Assembly (NCBI RefSeq): GCF_004010195.1
Contig: NC_057718.1
Span: 96,433,765 to 96,497,764, forward strand
Length of the DNA stretch: 64,000 nucleotides
Direction of reading: 5' to 3'
Source: Chiloscyllium plagiosum
Taxonomy: Eukaryota
The notes under the pieces are model-generated. The model had not been told where the DNA came from. It saw nothing but the letters and a program-made list of their open reading frames with translations, and made no database searches. Below, in pieces: positions 36,995 to 48,780 of this stretch. Each line of letters begins with the position of its first letter. Within the stretch, counting starts at the first letter, position 1. Position numbers and translations under genes: made by a program.

Positions 36995-38597
36995 TGCTAT
37001 TGTAAGGACAGACTGACGGGCAGAGGTGGTGGGGTGGCCATGTTGGTAAGGGATGATATTCAGTCCCTTGCGCGGAGGGACCTAGAATCAGGGATGTAGA
37101 GTCAGTGTGGATAGAGCTGAGAAATACTAAGGGTAAAGAGACCTTCTTTGGGAGTTATCTACAGGCCCCCAAACAGTAGTCTGGTTGTCGGATGTAAGTT
37201 GAATCAGGAGCTGAAATTGGCCTGTCGCAAAGATGTTACTACAGTCTTTATGGGAGATTTCAACATGCAGGTAGACTGGGAGAATCAGGATGGTATTGGA
37301 CCTCAAGAAAGAGACTTTGTGGAGTGCCTCAGAGATGGATTCTTAGAACAGCTGGAGCCGACCAGAGAGAAGGCAATTCTGGATCTGGTATTGTGCAACG
37401 AACCAGAATTGGTCAGGGACCTCGAAGTGAAGGAGCCATTGGGAAGTAGTGACCATAATACAATAAGCTTCAATCTGCAATTTGAGAGGGAGAGGGTACA
37501 ATCGGAAGTGACAATATTTCTGTTGAATAAAGGGAACTATGGAGCTATGAGGGAGGAGCTGGCTTTTTACAATCTATCTTCAGGATATACAAGATGGTAT
37601 TAGCAATAACATTCGCAAATTTCATCAGCTGGGTGGCAGGGTGAAATGTGATGAGGATGTTAGGAGATTACAGGGTGACCTGGACAAGTTAGGTGAGTGC
37701 TCAGATGCATGGCAGATGCACTTTCACGTGGATAAATGGATCCTTATCCACTTTGGTGGCAAGAACAGGAAGGCAGATTACCACCTAAGTGGAATCAATT
37801 TAGGTAAAGGGGCAGTACAGAGAGATCTGGGGGTTCTTGTACACCACTCAATGAAGGTAAGCATGCAGGTACAGCAGGTAGTGAAGAAGGCTAATAGCAT
37901 GCTGGCCTTCATAACAAGAGGGATTGAGTATAGAAGCAAAGAGGTCCTTCTGCAGCTGTACAGGGCCCTGGTGAGACCACACCTGGAGTACTGCGTGTAG
38001 TTCTGGTCTCCAAATTTGAGGAAAGACATTCTGGCTATTGAGGGAGTGCAGCGTAGGTTCACGAGGTCAATTCCTGGAATGGCGGGATTACCTTACACTG
38101 AAAGACTGGAGTGACTGGGCTTGTATACCCTTGAGTTTCGAAGATTGAGAGGGGATCTGATTGAGACGTATAAGATTATTAAAGGATTGGACACTCTGGA
38201 GGCAGGAAACATGTTTCCGCTGATGGGTGAGTGCCGAACCAGAGGACACAGCTTAAAAATAAGGGGTAGACCATTTAGGACAGAGATGAGGAGAAACGTC
38301 TTCAGCTTAAAAATAAGGGGTAGGCCATTTAGGACAGAGATGAGGAGAAACTTCTTCACCCAGAGAGTGGTGGCTGTGTGGAATGCTCTTCCCCAGAGGG
38401 CGGTGGAGGCCCAGTCTCTGGATTCATTTAAGAAAGTGTTGGATAGAGCTCTCAAGGATAGTGGAATCAAGGGTTATGGAGATAAGGCAGGAACAGGATA
38501 CTGATTAAGGATGATCAAGCATGATCATATTGAATGGTGGCGCAGGCTCGAAGGGCAGAATGGCCTACTTCTGCACCTATTGTCTATTGTCTATTGT
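36995..38597 (+). mobile_element. CR1-group LINE with APE endonuclease remnant, internal deletion and RT C-terminus
   Basis: GVIYRPPN, MGDFN, ILDLVLCN, LGSSDHN (endonuclease); LQGDLDKL..WQMHF, RPHLEYC; (CTATTGT)n tail. Confidence 0.92.
38249..38356 (+). repeat. 54-bp tandem duplication inside the LINE
   Basis: SLKIRGRPFRTEMRRNxF encoded twice in frame. Confidence 0.95.
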
Positions 38598-39130
38598 CCC
38601 TTCATTGGATCTATCTTCCCAAGCCATTTGATTTTCAGTGTCTGCATGGCCAGCTCCTTCTCTTTCACTGAGCTAGTCCTTTGTGTGATTCTCCTGTTGC
38701 CTCATCCTGCTGCTGGGTCTCTCATCCACCATGACCATTTGCTTTTGGTGGGGGGGGGGAGTGGCTTGCCTCTGCTTCACAGAAGCTACTGGAAATGCAT
38801 TCAGAATACATTTACCACATAAATGAATTGAGCAGCTTGCCTTAAGGAAAGTCTAGGTGGGCTCAACCTGTATCATAGAATTATAGAATCCCTGCAGTCT
38901 GGAAGGGATACACAGGCACACACGCTTGCTTATCAACCTGTAAAACCTTTCTGCGTACTATCGACAGGCCGTAAGCGTGGAAGAGCGTCCTGGACAGCTA
39001 CCTGAAGTGGCAGCTTCAGGGCAACAGTCTCCCTACATTAAAAGACACCATCCATAGCTCTTGGTCATGTGTACCCTCAACCCGAGACACTACCTCACGT
39101 CAAATGAGAAAATTCACTATTTTAAAAATA

Positions 39131-39302
39131 GTTAAAAATCACACAAACCAGGTTAAAGTCCGACAGGTTTACTTGGAAGCACTAGCTTTCGGAGTGCTGC
39201 TTCAACCACTTGTGCTCCAAAAGCTAGTGTGCTTCCAAATAAACCTGTTGGGCTCTAACCTGGTGTGGTGTGATTTTTAACTTTGTCCACCCCAGTCCAA
39301 CA
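39131..39302. mobile_element. palindromic PLE-derived miniature element (family D)
   Basis: GTTAAAAATCACAC..CCAGGTT..ACAGGTTTA.TTGGAAGCACTAGCTTT / AAAGCTAGTG..GCTTCCAA.TAAACCTGT..AACCTGG..GTGTGATTTTTAAC. Confidence 0.8.
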
Positions 39303-41221
39303 CAAAAGAAAATTAAAAATAGTCCTTTGTGCTCAGGGAATGAACTCTGATTTCTTGCAGAAGTCTTGTTTCTTTTACTTTGCATGGAGACGAAAATTGT
39401 CAATCCCTAACTTCAGAGAGAGACAGAAGTCTGTTGATGCAAAGGTTTATTCTTCCACCAGCACCACACTTCCACCTCTCAGCCAAAGTAAAACCCAATT
39501 ATGAGGACCAAACTTTAAAGTCAAAACGTTTAGAAAACAAAGTAAGGAAAAATGGAGCTGGTGTTGGTGAAATGAGGGTAAAATGTGAAACTGGCTAAAA
39601 GATTAAACACAAAATTGGCATTCGTGGCTGAAGGATTAAATACGAATCTGGCATTGGCGACTCAAGGGTTAAATTTGATTCCTTTTAACTAATGGTATGT
39701 CCTAGCCATCAGGTCAGCAACCTCACTCTCACACCCACTCTGTTTACACAGCTTCCAACAGTTCAAAAAGCCAAAGGCAGATCACAAGCAGAGAGCTGAG
39801 CCAAAAAAATCTCTGACACAGGGTTATAATCAGCGACGTCTGAAAGGTAAAACCTTTGCATCTGCTTTAAAACGTGTTCAGACTGGACCACTCAGAGCGA
39901 CAGCAGAGCAAGCCTGCTTGTGAGGATGGGCAGATGCCCATTCTTGTGGGGACATCAGAATTGACAAGCGAAAGGATCTAACTAAGCATGACGCAGATTG
40001 TGTGCCCATTGGGTTTAAGGTATGAGGGTGTGGAGTACGCAGGGATGGCTAGTGTGAGGCAGCTGTTTGCAGTCATTTAGCTCACGGCTATGAGTTACAA
40101 CCCTGCCGGAAAATTACCACCAACTGACAGATCATACAGTGTGCCCCAGCTGTAATTTAGCCCTGAGAGGGAATTTTACATTGATCAGATGTAGAGATTT
40201 AAAATGACTCACATCCAAATGGGAGAATCTGGGCTGAAGGTTAAAAATCCACTGTTCAGCCTGTGCAAGCATTCTAGCCAAGACATTTAAAGACAGTGGA
40301 ATGTTGATGAACCTGTGTGAAAACCCTTCATTTCTCTCCATTCATTACATCATGCTTCTGCTGCTTTGCAACTTCAAAGGGAACAAGTTACTCTTTGCAC
40401 TGCCTTCTGATTTAAGGTGTTTAAAATCCACTTAGCTGAAGACATGGTATTATTTCTGCACACATCAGTCTCTGTGAGGTCAACGATGTGGGGGGAAGGG
40501 GGGACTACAAAGCAAGAGAAAAGTTTCTTTTTTTTTAAACAAGACAAACCCTCCTAGCGAACGCTGACAAACTGGCAAGAAACGTTCCGACATATCCGCT
40601 GTCACAAGGCGAGAACTGAGCAGACCCCAAATAGTGACGAGTCTGTAATTATAATTTTCCTTTACTTTTCCGAAGGATCAAACCCGTGGACAACTGCAGC
40701 TATGACTGGTAACATCCCCGAGCCATTTTCACAGGGCAGGAAGCGTTGGTAACCTCTGTTATGGTAAAGGCTGAAATGGCAAAGAAAGCATTAACTGTAA
40801 CTAAAAGTAAAGCCTGTCCCACTGAGCTGCAAAAGTCCGGAAGAAGATGTGCGATTTTAAACAAGTACAGAGTAAAACATAAATATTACTGTAGAGAGTC
40901 AATATCCTGAAAGAAAAGGTATTTCCTTCACCACAATCACCGTGTATCAAGGCCCACTGTTTTTATATTTAAAGGGAACCATCGTGTTATGTTAGAGTTG
41001 AGCATGTGATGATAGTTTTGAACACTGAGACTAATTGTAGACCAGTGTCAGCACATGTTATGGGGCAGGAATTAGGGGTGAGTTGGGACACACAGGTAGA
41101 GGTATTAAACAGGATTGGACTTCCACTTGTTTAGTTTTCAACCACATTTCTGATGTTAGAAAATCGCCAGATTCATTCAAATAGCCAATCAGGAATTCAT
41201 CCCCCCCCCCCAAAAAAAAAC

Positions 41222-41460
41222 CCCAAACAGCTGGGCATGCTAGAAATCAGAAACAAAATAGGAAATTGCTGGAGAAACACTGCAGCTCAGGCAGTGTCAG
41301 TGGAGAGAAAGCAGCGTCAACGTTTCGGGTCCAGTGATCCTACTTCAGAACAGAAGAAGAAGGGTGTTCTGAGGAAGGGTCACTGGACCCGAAACGTTAC
41401 ATCAGCTTTCTCTTTGCACAGATGCTTCCTGAGCTGCTGAGTTCTTCCAGCAATGTCTGG
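41222..41460. mobile_element. palindromic PLE-derived element (family B) with two opposed hammerhead-like cores
   Basis: Plus: CTGAGGA-A-GGGTC-ACTG-GACCC-GAAA-CG-TT at 41369-41398; minus copy 41316-41351. Confidence 0.8.
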
Positions 41461-41811
41461 AATTGATCTCATCTTTTTCTCAGTGGGAGCAGCTATTGCA
41501 GAGGACGTTCAGCAGTTCACTGAATGCATTCACTAAGGTGTTGGGGGGTACACAGTTGATGGTATTTTTCAAAGTTTTGTTTCGAAAACGCATATTTGAA
41601 ATGTCTAATGAAGCACTGCCCCATTTTAAACACCTAGATCATCAGTGACTCCCAGATTAGGTGCAATGTGGATTGGGGGCAAAATATAACTTGGCATTAA
41701 AAAGAGCCAACCTTTTAAAAAGCACTCCCTGCTATGTTCTATTTCCTAAACTAACTGTTAATGTCTCTCCTAAATCTAACGTCTGGGATGCAGTACTAAA
41801 GCTCTACTTAT

Positions 41812-42262
41812 TTTTTTACAGGATGTGGTGTGGCTGACCAAGCCAGCTCATCCCTAACTGCCCTTGAGAAAGTGCTGATGAGCTGCCTTCTTGAACAGTC
41901 CAGCTGCATCAACAGTACCATTAGGGAGGGAACTCCGGGACTTAAGACCCAACGGCAATGAAGGAATGGTGATGTAGTCTGAAGTCAGGGAGGTATGTGA
42001 CTTGGAGTGGAACTTACAAAAAGTGGTGATTGACCCTGTACTTGGTAGAGGTCATGGGTTTATAAGGTGCTGTCTAAGGAGGCTTGGACAACTTCTGCCG
42101 TGCATCTTGTACATAGTACACACTGCGGCTACAGAGCATCGATGGTAGAGGAAGTGAATGATGAAGGTGCTGGATCAGCATTATCCAAGCGGGCTATTTT
42201 GTCCTGGATGATGTCAAGCTTCTTGAGTGTTGCAGCAGCTGTGCCCATCCAGGCCAGTAGGT
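41812..42262 (-). mobile_element. L2/CR1-group LINE 3' fragment
   Basis: CATCCCTAACTGCCCTTGAGAA..GAGCTGCCTTCTTGAAC; homologous to 19610-20060. Confidence 0.8.
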
Positions 42263-42924
42263 GATGGTCAAGTTTTGATGAGCCAGTTGCCCCTCTGTTA
42301 TCCTTTAAAACAAAATCCCTAAACCTCTTTTCTGCACCACTCTTGACTTCTATTTATTCCCCCATTGCTTTCACTATCCATTCACTTATTCTGTGATGCA
42401 TCTTGCAATGACCGTTTATTAACAGAGCGTTTTGGGAACATATTCAATAGGAACATAGGTAGGATTCCCAGCACCATTTCTGAAAGGTTAGAAATTTCCT
42501 TTTCATCAAGCTAGGCTGGGATTGAATCTAATTCCAAAATATCTGGACCATTGTGCTTGCATTTATGTTAGTATTTTGATTTACCTTTGCCTGTCAAAGT
42601 TATCAAGTCCAAGGTTTCCACTGGTTATGTTGAGCCCAATGCTTCAAACTATTCTTTGTATCCCTTCCCTGCTGCACCCACTCACCCTCTCCTAACTCCA
42701 ATATCCAGAAAAAGGAGAAGACACGACCATGGAGACAATTCCGTGTCTCTACGATCCTAATCCAACTCCTCAGGAGTACTCAGTTCAACCTGGGGAGGCT
42801 TAAGATCCATCATCCAGACATGATATACTTCCTGTTGCTTCCAGAAGCTGTGTGAGATAGGAACAATCTCCTAAATAATTGGGATGAATTCAGTCAGAAG
42901 TCACCCGACTAGGAGAAACGGAGG

Positions 42925-43152
42925 CATTCCCGATGAAGGGCCTATGCTTGAAACGTCGATTCTCCTGCTCCTCAGATGCTGCCTGACCGGCTGTGCTTCT
43001 CCAGAAGTCACATGACACCAGGTTACAGTTCAATAGGTTCATTTGAAACCACAAGCTTTCGGAACGCTGCCCCTTCATCAGGTCTTCCAAAAGCTTGTGT
43101 GATTTCAAATAAACCTGTTGGGCTGTAACGCGATTTCATGTGACTTCTGACA
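42925..43152. mobile_element. adjacent PLE-derived elements: family A (42925-43003) and palindromic family D (43003-43152)
   Basis: Family D minus: AC-CUGAUGA-A-GGGGC-AGC-GUUCC-GAAA-GC-UU-GU at 43050-43084. Confidence 0.75.
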
Positions 43153-43189
43153 ATCTCCAGCTGCTGTAATGCTTTTACAGAAGGGTTTT

Positions 43190-43482
43190 TTTTCCCCCCA
43201 GGATAGGAGAGTCCAAAACTAGAGGTCGTAAGGTTAAGGTAAGAGAGGAAAGATTTAAAAGGGACCTAAGGGGCAACTTTTTCATACAGATGGTGGTGCG
43301 TGTATGGAATGAGGAAATTTTTGGTACAATTGTAACATTTAAAAGGCATCTGGATGGGTATAAGAATAGGAGGGGTTCAGAGGGATGTGCTGGTAAATGG
43401 GACTAGATTAATTTAGGGTGTCTGGTCAGCATGGGTGTATCGGACTGAAGGGTCTGTTTCTGTGCTGTACAACACTGACTCT
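43190..43482 (+). mobile_element. CR1 3' end
   Basis: GGAGAGTCCAAAACTAGAGG...GGGCAACTTTTTCA...GAAGGGTCTGTTTC. Confidence 0.85.
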
Positions 43483-43850
43483 AAAACTAATCGGTGCTGC
43501 CATGGTGAGGTATTTGGAAGACATTTTGCCCATGTACGTAAACGCAGACATCTGCAATGATGTGATCAGCATTGCTATGGTGTCACTTCACTGCAAACAG
43601 CATATTGCATTACAAGCGTTTTGTAATGCAAATACAAAAATGACGTTTGAAAGATTTAGGTAATTGCAGCAAAAACACCTGCTCACTGCAAATTGCCACT
43701 TATCCAACAGCAACTCTGCTTTGGATAGTTTCAGACCCAACTGCTCCTGAATTGCATTCATACTGAGAGAAAAAAGCCCTCTGAAATTTCACTACCCTCT
43801 TCAAACACTTAGATAGACATTCAATCAAGTTTAAACAGGCTCTTTCCTAG

Positions 43851-43926
43851 TTCTGTGATGCAGTCATCGCTACGTTCAGCAGTGCCTTGGTGGTAATGTT
43901 TGGCTGTTTAACATTCACGGCCTTCG
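43851..43926 (+). other. isolated candidate exon (unverified)
   Basis: CTCTTTCCTAG acceptor, G|GTAAGA donor, one open frame FCDAVIATFSSALVVMFGCLTFTAF; no partner exon found. Confidence 0.2.
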
Positions 43927-44189
43927 GTAAGATTGAAATGTGTCTGTCCAGCCACAGGACTGAACAAGCAGGCAGGCAGAGCTCAGAGGTAATCTTCAAA
44001 GAGAAAGGAGCCTGCGCAGGTTGAACATAGGTTGGTTCCCATGAGATTGTTGCTTGTGTGCAGCAGTGCATGCGCCTTTAAAGACACTATGCATTTAAGT
44101 GAATCACCAGTGTACTCCAAAGAAAGTGGGAATGTTGCTCACAGGAGTTTTAGCAATCACGCAGTGGGACTGGAATGAGTCTGGAACCA

Positions 44190-44490
44190 ATGAATTCCTA
44201 TAGTGAAGAAAGAGGCCATTTGGCCCAGTTGGTCCACACTAGCCCTCTGAAGAGTGTCTCACCCTATCCCTGTGTTTCCCATGGTCAAACCACCACATCC
44301 CTGGACACAATGGGCAATTTAGCATGGTCGATCCACCCTAGCCTGAGCGCCTTTGGTCTGTGGGAGGAAACCTGGAGGAAACCCAAGAAGACACGAGGAG
44401 AATGTGCAAACTACACACAGACAGTTGCCCGAGGCTGGAATTGAACCTGCTTCCCTGGCGCTGTGAGGCAGCAGTGTGAACCACTAAGCT
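44190..44490 (-). mobile_element. HE1-related SINE
   Basis: GCTGTGAGGCAGCAGTG..CCACT head (reverse); V-domain. Confidence 0.8.
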
Positions 44491-44844
44491 CAAGGTCGGG
44501 GGGGTTGGGGTTAGGAGGCTGGCTGACTGAAGTTGGAGTGATTGAAGTGGCTGAAGGGAAGGAGGGTAGTTGAAGGGGAAAAGGTGTCTGAGGGGGGTGT
44601 TGGTGGTATCTGAAGCAGAGGGGTCACTGAAGACGAGGGAAGGTGACTGTCAAAGTTAATGATTGAAGTGTAGGGCGATTGAAAGAAAGGGAATCCCTGG
44701 AAACAGCAGAATGACAGCTTACAGTAGTCTCCTGGAGTTACGTAGTGCAAGCAGCTGAGTGGAAGTGCCTGGAGTCACTATCAGCCACTCCTACCATAAA
44801 GTCTAAAGACCCCTGTTGGAGGGTGTAGGCCAACCCTGTGAGCA

Positions 44845-45115
44845 CAGCCTCAGGGTGAAAGGATGATCCTTTCAAACTGAGATGAGGAGGAATTTCTTCA
44901 GCCAGAGGGATGGCGAATCTGTGGAACTCATTGCCATGGAGGGCTGTGGAGGCCACGTCAGTGATTGCATTTAAGATGGAGGTAGCTAGGTTCTTGATTA
45001 GTAAGGGGATCGAGATCGCAGGGAGAAGGCAGGAAAATGAGAAGTATATCGAATGGCAGAGCGGACTTGATGGGTTGAACGGCCTAATTCTGCTCCTATA
45101 TTTTCTGGTCTTGTG
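44845..45115 (+). mobile_element. CR1-group 3' end
   Basis: EMRRNFFSQRxANLWNSLPWRAVEA. Confidence 0.8.
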
Positions 45116-45244
45116 ACCACACTGAGCCACTTCTACCGTGTGGTAAATTTGCTGATCAGGATTGGGTTGTGGCAGAGTGACGCTAATGGCAGAGGCTCAA
45201 CTCCCACACCTGCTGAGGTTACCGTGAGGGATTCTCCTTCTCAA

Positions 45245-45790
45245 TGATACAAATACAAGTGATACAAATATCTCAGTAAGAGGCCCAGCAATCATTTCCC
45301 TAACTTCCCACAGAGTTCTAGGGTACACCTGATCAGGTCCTAGGGATTTACCCACTTTTATGTGTTTCAAGCCATCCAGCATTTCTTCCTCTGTAATAGG
45401 GACATTTTTCAAGATGTCACCATCTATTTCCCTACATTCTATATCTTCCATGTCCTTTTCCACAGTAAACTCTGATGCAAAATACTCGTTTAGTATCTGC
45501 CCCATCTCCTGCAGCTCCACATAAAGGCCACCTTGCTGATCTTTGAGGGGAAAGTGAGGACTGCAGATGCTGAGAGATCAGAGCTGAAAAATGTGTTGCT
45601 GGAAAAGCGCAGCAGGTCAGGCAGCACCAAAGGAGCAGAAGGGCTTCCTGAAGAAGGGCTTATGCCCGAAACGGCGATTCTCCTGATCCTTGAGGGGCCC
45701 TATTATCTCCCTAGTTACCCTTTTGTCCTTAATGTATTTGTAAAAACCCTTTGGATTCTCCTTAACTCTATTTGTCAAAGCTATCTCATC
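45245..45790 (-). mobile_element. internal CR1 ORF2 fragment with PLE family A insert (45546-45686), nested in a family 3 SINE (45130-45905)
   Basis: EMGQILNEYFASEFT...KSLGPDQVYPRTLWE; no CR1 tail. Confidence 0.85.
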
Positions 45791-46152
45791 CCCTCTCTCC
45801 CCTCACTGAGGCACGGTGACCCTCAGGTTAAACCACCACCAATTGTTTGCCTCTCTGGGATGAGACAGCAGCATTCTGATCTGGTAGACCATGGCAACTT
45901 TGACCTTAGATTTTCTGAACAATCAGGTCAATCCCAGCCATCAGGTCTTGGCTCTACATTTGGTCCTGAGGGCCTGTTGACATCAGAAAGTAAGATAGAA
46001 ACAAGGGCTGGGGGATGCCAATCAACCACAGAAGCCAGTCCCTGCTTTCAATTCGATCTTGGCCAATCTGAGATGTTACCTGGATTAAAATAAACAGTTG
46101 ACCTGCTAATTACTGATCTAAATGTCCTTAATAGGGCTTAAGTCATGTCTTT

Positions 46153-46432
46153 AAGGGGAGATGGTGGTCTAGTGTTACTGGACTGTTACTCCACAGAAGC
46201 TGGCTCATGCTCTGGGGGACCAGGTTCAATCACCACCACAGCAGATGGTGCCAGGAATAACCATCTGGTTCACATCAGCATCCCTTAGAAAAGGAAACCG
46301 CTACACCTTACCTGGTCTGGCCTACATGTGACTCCAGACCCACAGCAATGCGGTTGACTCACAACTGCCCTCTGGTGGGCAATAAATGCAGGCCTAACCA
46401 ACAATACCCTCAGCCTATGAATCAGTAAACAA
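46153..46432 (+). mobile_element. SINE family 2
   Basis: GGGGAGATGGTGGTCTAGTG head; CTTACCTGGTCTGGCCTACATGTGACTCCAGACCCACAGC; GGGCAATAAATGC tail. Confidence 0.8.
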
Positions 46433-47094
46433 AAACCTTGTGTGATTAGCACCCATGAAGAAGTAAGCAGCTCTCCCCTTTTAGTTGACATAACTAGCTC
46501 AAAAATAAGGCCTCACGGTCACATACTGTAAAATTAGCACTTGCTCCATGTCTTATTTCCATGATGTGATTGTGAAACATGCTTCAGTGTTTGTTTTCAA
46601 CATTTAGATTGCATGAGGAGTCAGATCTGAAAGACTGCGATTGTTCCTGGGATTGTACATGTCACACTTTTGCTGGTGTGCTTATCACACTAGCCAAAGC
46701 TCAGTCATATATCACAGCACACCTCCATCCAGCTCCCCCACACGTCAGCAAGTCTTATGCTGGCTCATATTACTTCAGCGTACAAGGCACTACCGGCACA
46801 TCAAAGCAGACTGTCATTAATTACCCTGCCAAATTAGCCAGATGTCATGACAAAACTCCATTCCAGCATCCACCCTGTTCATAGACCGACTTGCGACCAA
46901 CAAGAAGATCATTGGAAACGGGACCCCACAGCTTTCATACTAAGGGTTTCAGCCTTTGGACTTGCAGGCTCACTTTCCCCTTTACACACTCCGCAGCTCA
47001 CACAGGCTACTGCTCACAGGCTCACTGCTGCTGGAGAGTTTAAAATAAATGTGGAAAGAGGCTTTGTGGAGTTGGCTCTTGCAATCATGTCATC

Positions 47095-47377
47095 ATGGCG
47101 GCTCAGTGGTTAGCACTGCTGCCTCACAGTGCTTGGGACCTCAGTTCAATTCCACCCTCAGGCCACTGTCTGTGTGGAGTTTCTCCCCGTGTCTGGGTGG
47201 GTTTCCTCCGGGTGCTCTGGTTTCCTCCCCCAATCCGAAGACGTTCAGGTCAGGGTGAGTGGGCCATGGGAAATGCAGGGTTACAGGGATAGCAAAGAGG
47301 GATGGGATTGGGTGGGATGTTCTTTGGAGGGTTGGTGTGGACTCAATTGGCCTGCCCCACGGTGTAGGGGTTCTATG
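47095..47377 (+). mobile_element. HE1-related SINE
   Basis: GGCTCAGTGGTTAGCACTGCTGCCTCACAG head. Confidence 0.85.
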
Positions 47378-47684
47378 AAGCGTGATTGTAAAGTATGACG
47401 GTGTAATTCACTCATCAGTTCCCCATCACTATCCTGCATTGCCTCACTGTCCACAAACACTTTGATCTTAAAGTTCTCGTTCTCATTGGCCCTGCTCTTT
47501 TCTGTCTTTGTGATGTCCACAGGCCGTAAAGTCGGCTGAGAACTCTGAAATAGTTCAGCTCGTTGTATCTTCCACACACTCTTCATCCAACTCTTGTCTT
47601 GTGCTTTGTGTAATGTTGATCCCAAACTGTAACATTCCCCTTTTCTCGCCAGTTCTCCGTCTTGCTTTGTACCTGTTTCAAGAG

Positions 47685-48173
47685 ATTTGAGTACCGGAGC
47701 AAGAAGCCTTACTGCTCTTGTACAGGACCTTAGTGAGAGTATACCCAGAGTGTTACGTGCACTTTTGTTTTAAATTTAAGAAAAGGTATACTCGCTTGAG
47801 AAAAAGTACTTTGAAGGTTCACCAAATTGATTCCTGGGGAGGCCACTGTTGGAATATTGCATGCAATTCCGGTCTCCTTCCTATCGGAAAGATGTTTGTG
47901 AAACTTGAAAGGGATCAGAAAAGATTTACAAGGATGTTGCCAGGGTTGGAGGATTTGAGCTATCGGGAGAGGCTGAATAGACTAGGGCTGTTTTCCCTGG
48001 AGTGTCGGAGGCTGAAGGGTGACCTTATAGAGGTTTACAAAATTATGAGGGGCTTTGGAGGGATATGGGCCGGGTGCTGGCAGGTGGGACTAGATTGGGT
48101 TGGGATATCTGGTCACCAAGGACAGGTTGGACCGAAGGGTCTATTTTCATGCTGTACATCTCTATAACTCTAT
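47685..48173 (+). mobile_element. composite CR1 fragments with internal deletion
   Basis: ORF 47718-48167: KLERDQKRFTRMLPGLEDLSYRERL; CR1 tail at 48130-48173. Confidence 0.85.
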
Positions 48174-48176
48174 GAA

Positions 48177-48780
48177 TGGCAGAACAGTGGCTCACAGTTC
48201 TCCTTCATAGCGCCGGGGACCTGGGTTCAATTCCAGCCTCAGGTGATTAGATTGGATTACTTACAGTGTGGAAACAGGCCCTTCCACCCAACAAGCCCAT
48301 ACCGACCAGCCGAAGCGCACCCACCCAGACCCATTAACCTACATTTACCCCTGCACCTAATACTACGGGCAATTTTGCGTGGCCAGTTCACCTAACCTGT
48401 ACGCTTTTGGACTGTGGGGGGAAACCGGAGCACACCCACACAGACACAGGGAGAATGTGCAAACTCAACACAGTCAGTCGCCTGAGGCGGGTATTGAATC
48501 CAGGTCTCTGGCGCTGTAACGCAGTAGTGCTAACCGCTGTGCCACCGTGCTGCCCACCGTGACTGTGCAAGCTCCACAGAGACATTCTCCCCGTGTCTAT
48601 GTGGGTTTCCTCCAAGTGCTCTGGTTTCCTCCCATAGTCCAAAGATGTGCTGCTTAGGTGAATTAGCCATGGGAAATGCAGGGTTGTAGACGGGTGAGTC
48701 TGGGTGGGATGCTCTTCGGACTACTGGTATGGACTTGTTGGGCTGAATGGTCTGTTTCCACAATGTAGGGATTCTGATTC
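48177..48780 (+). mobile_element. HE1 SINE containing a younger antisense HE1 (48245-48557)
   Basis: Plus head 48177-48245 resumes at about 48560; inner copy complete with (TAGAT)n tail. Confidence 0.85.
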
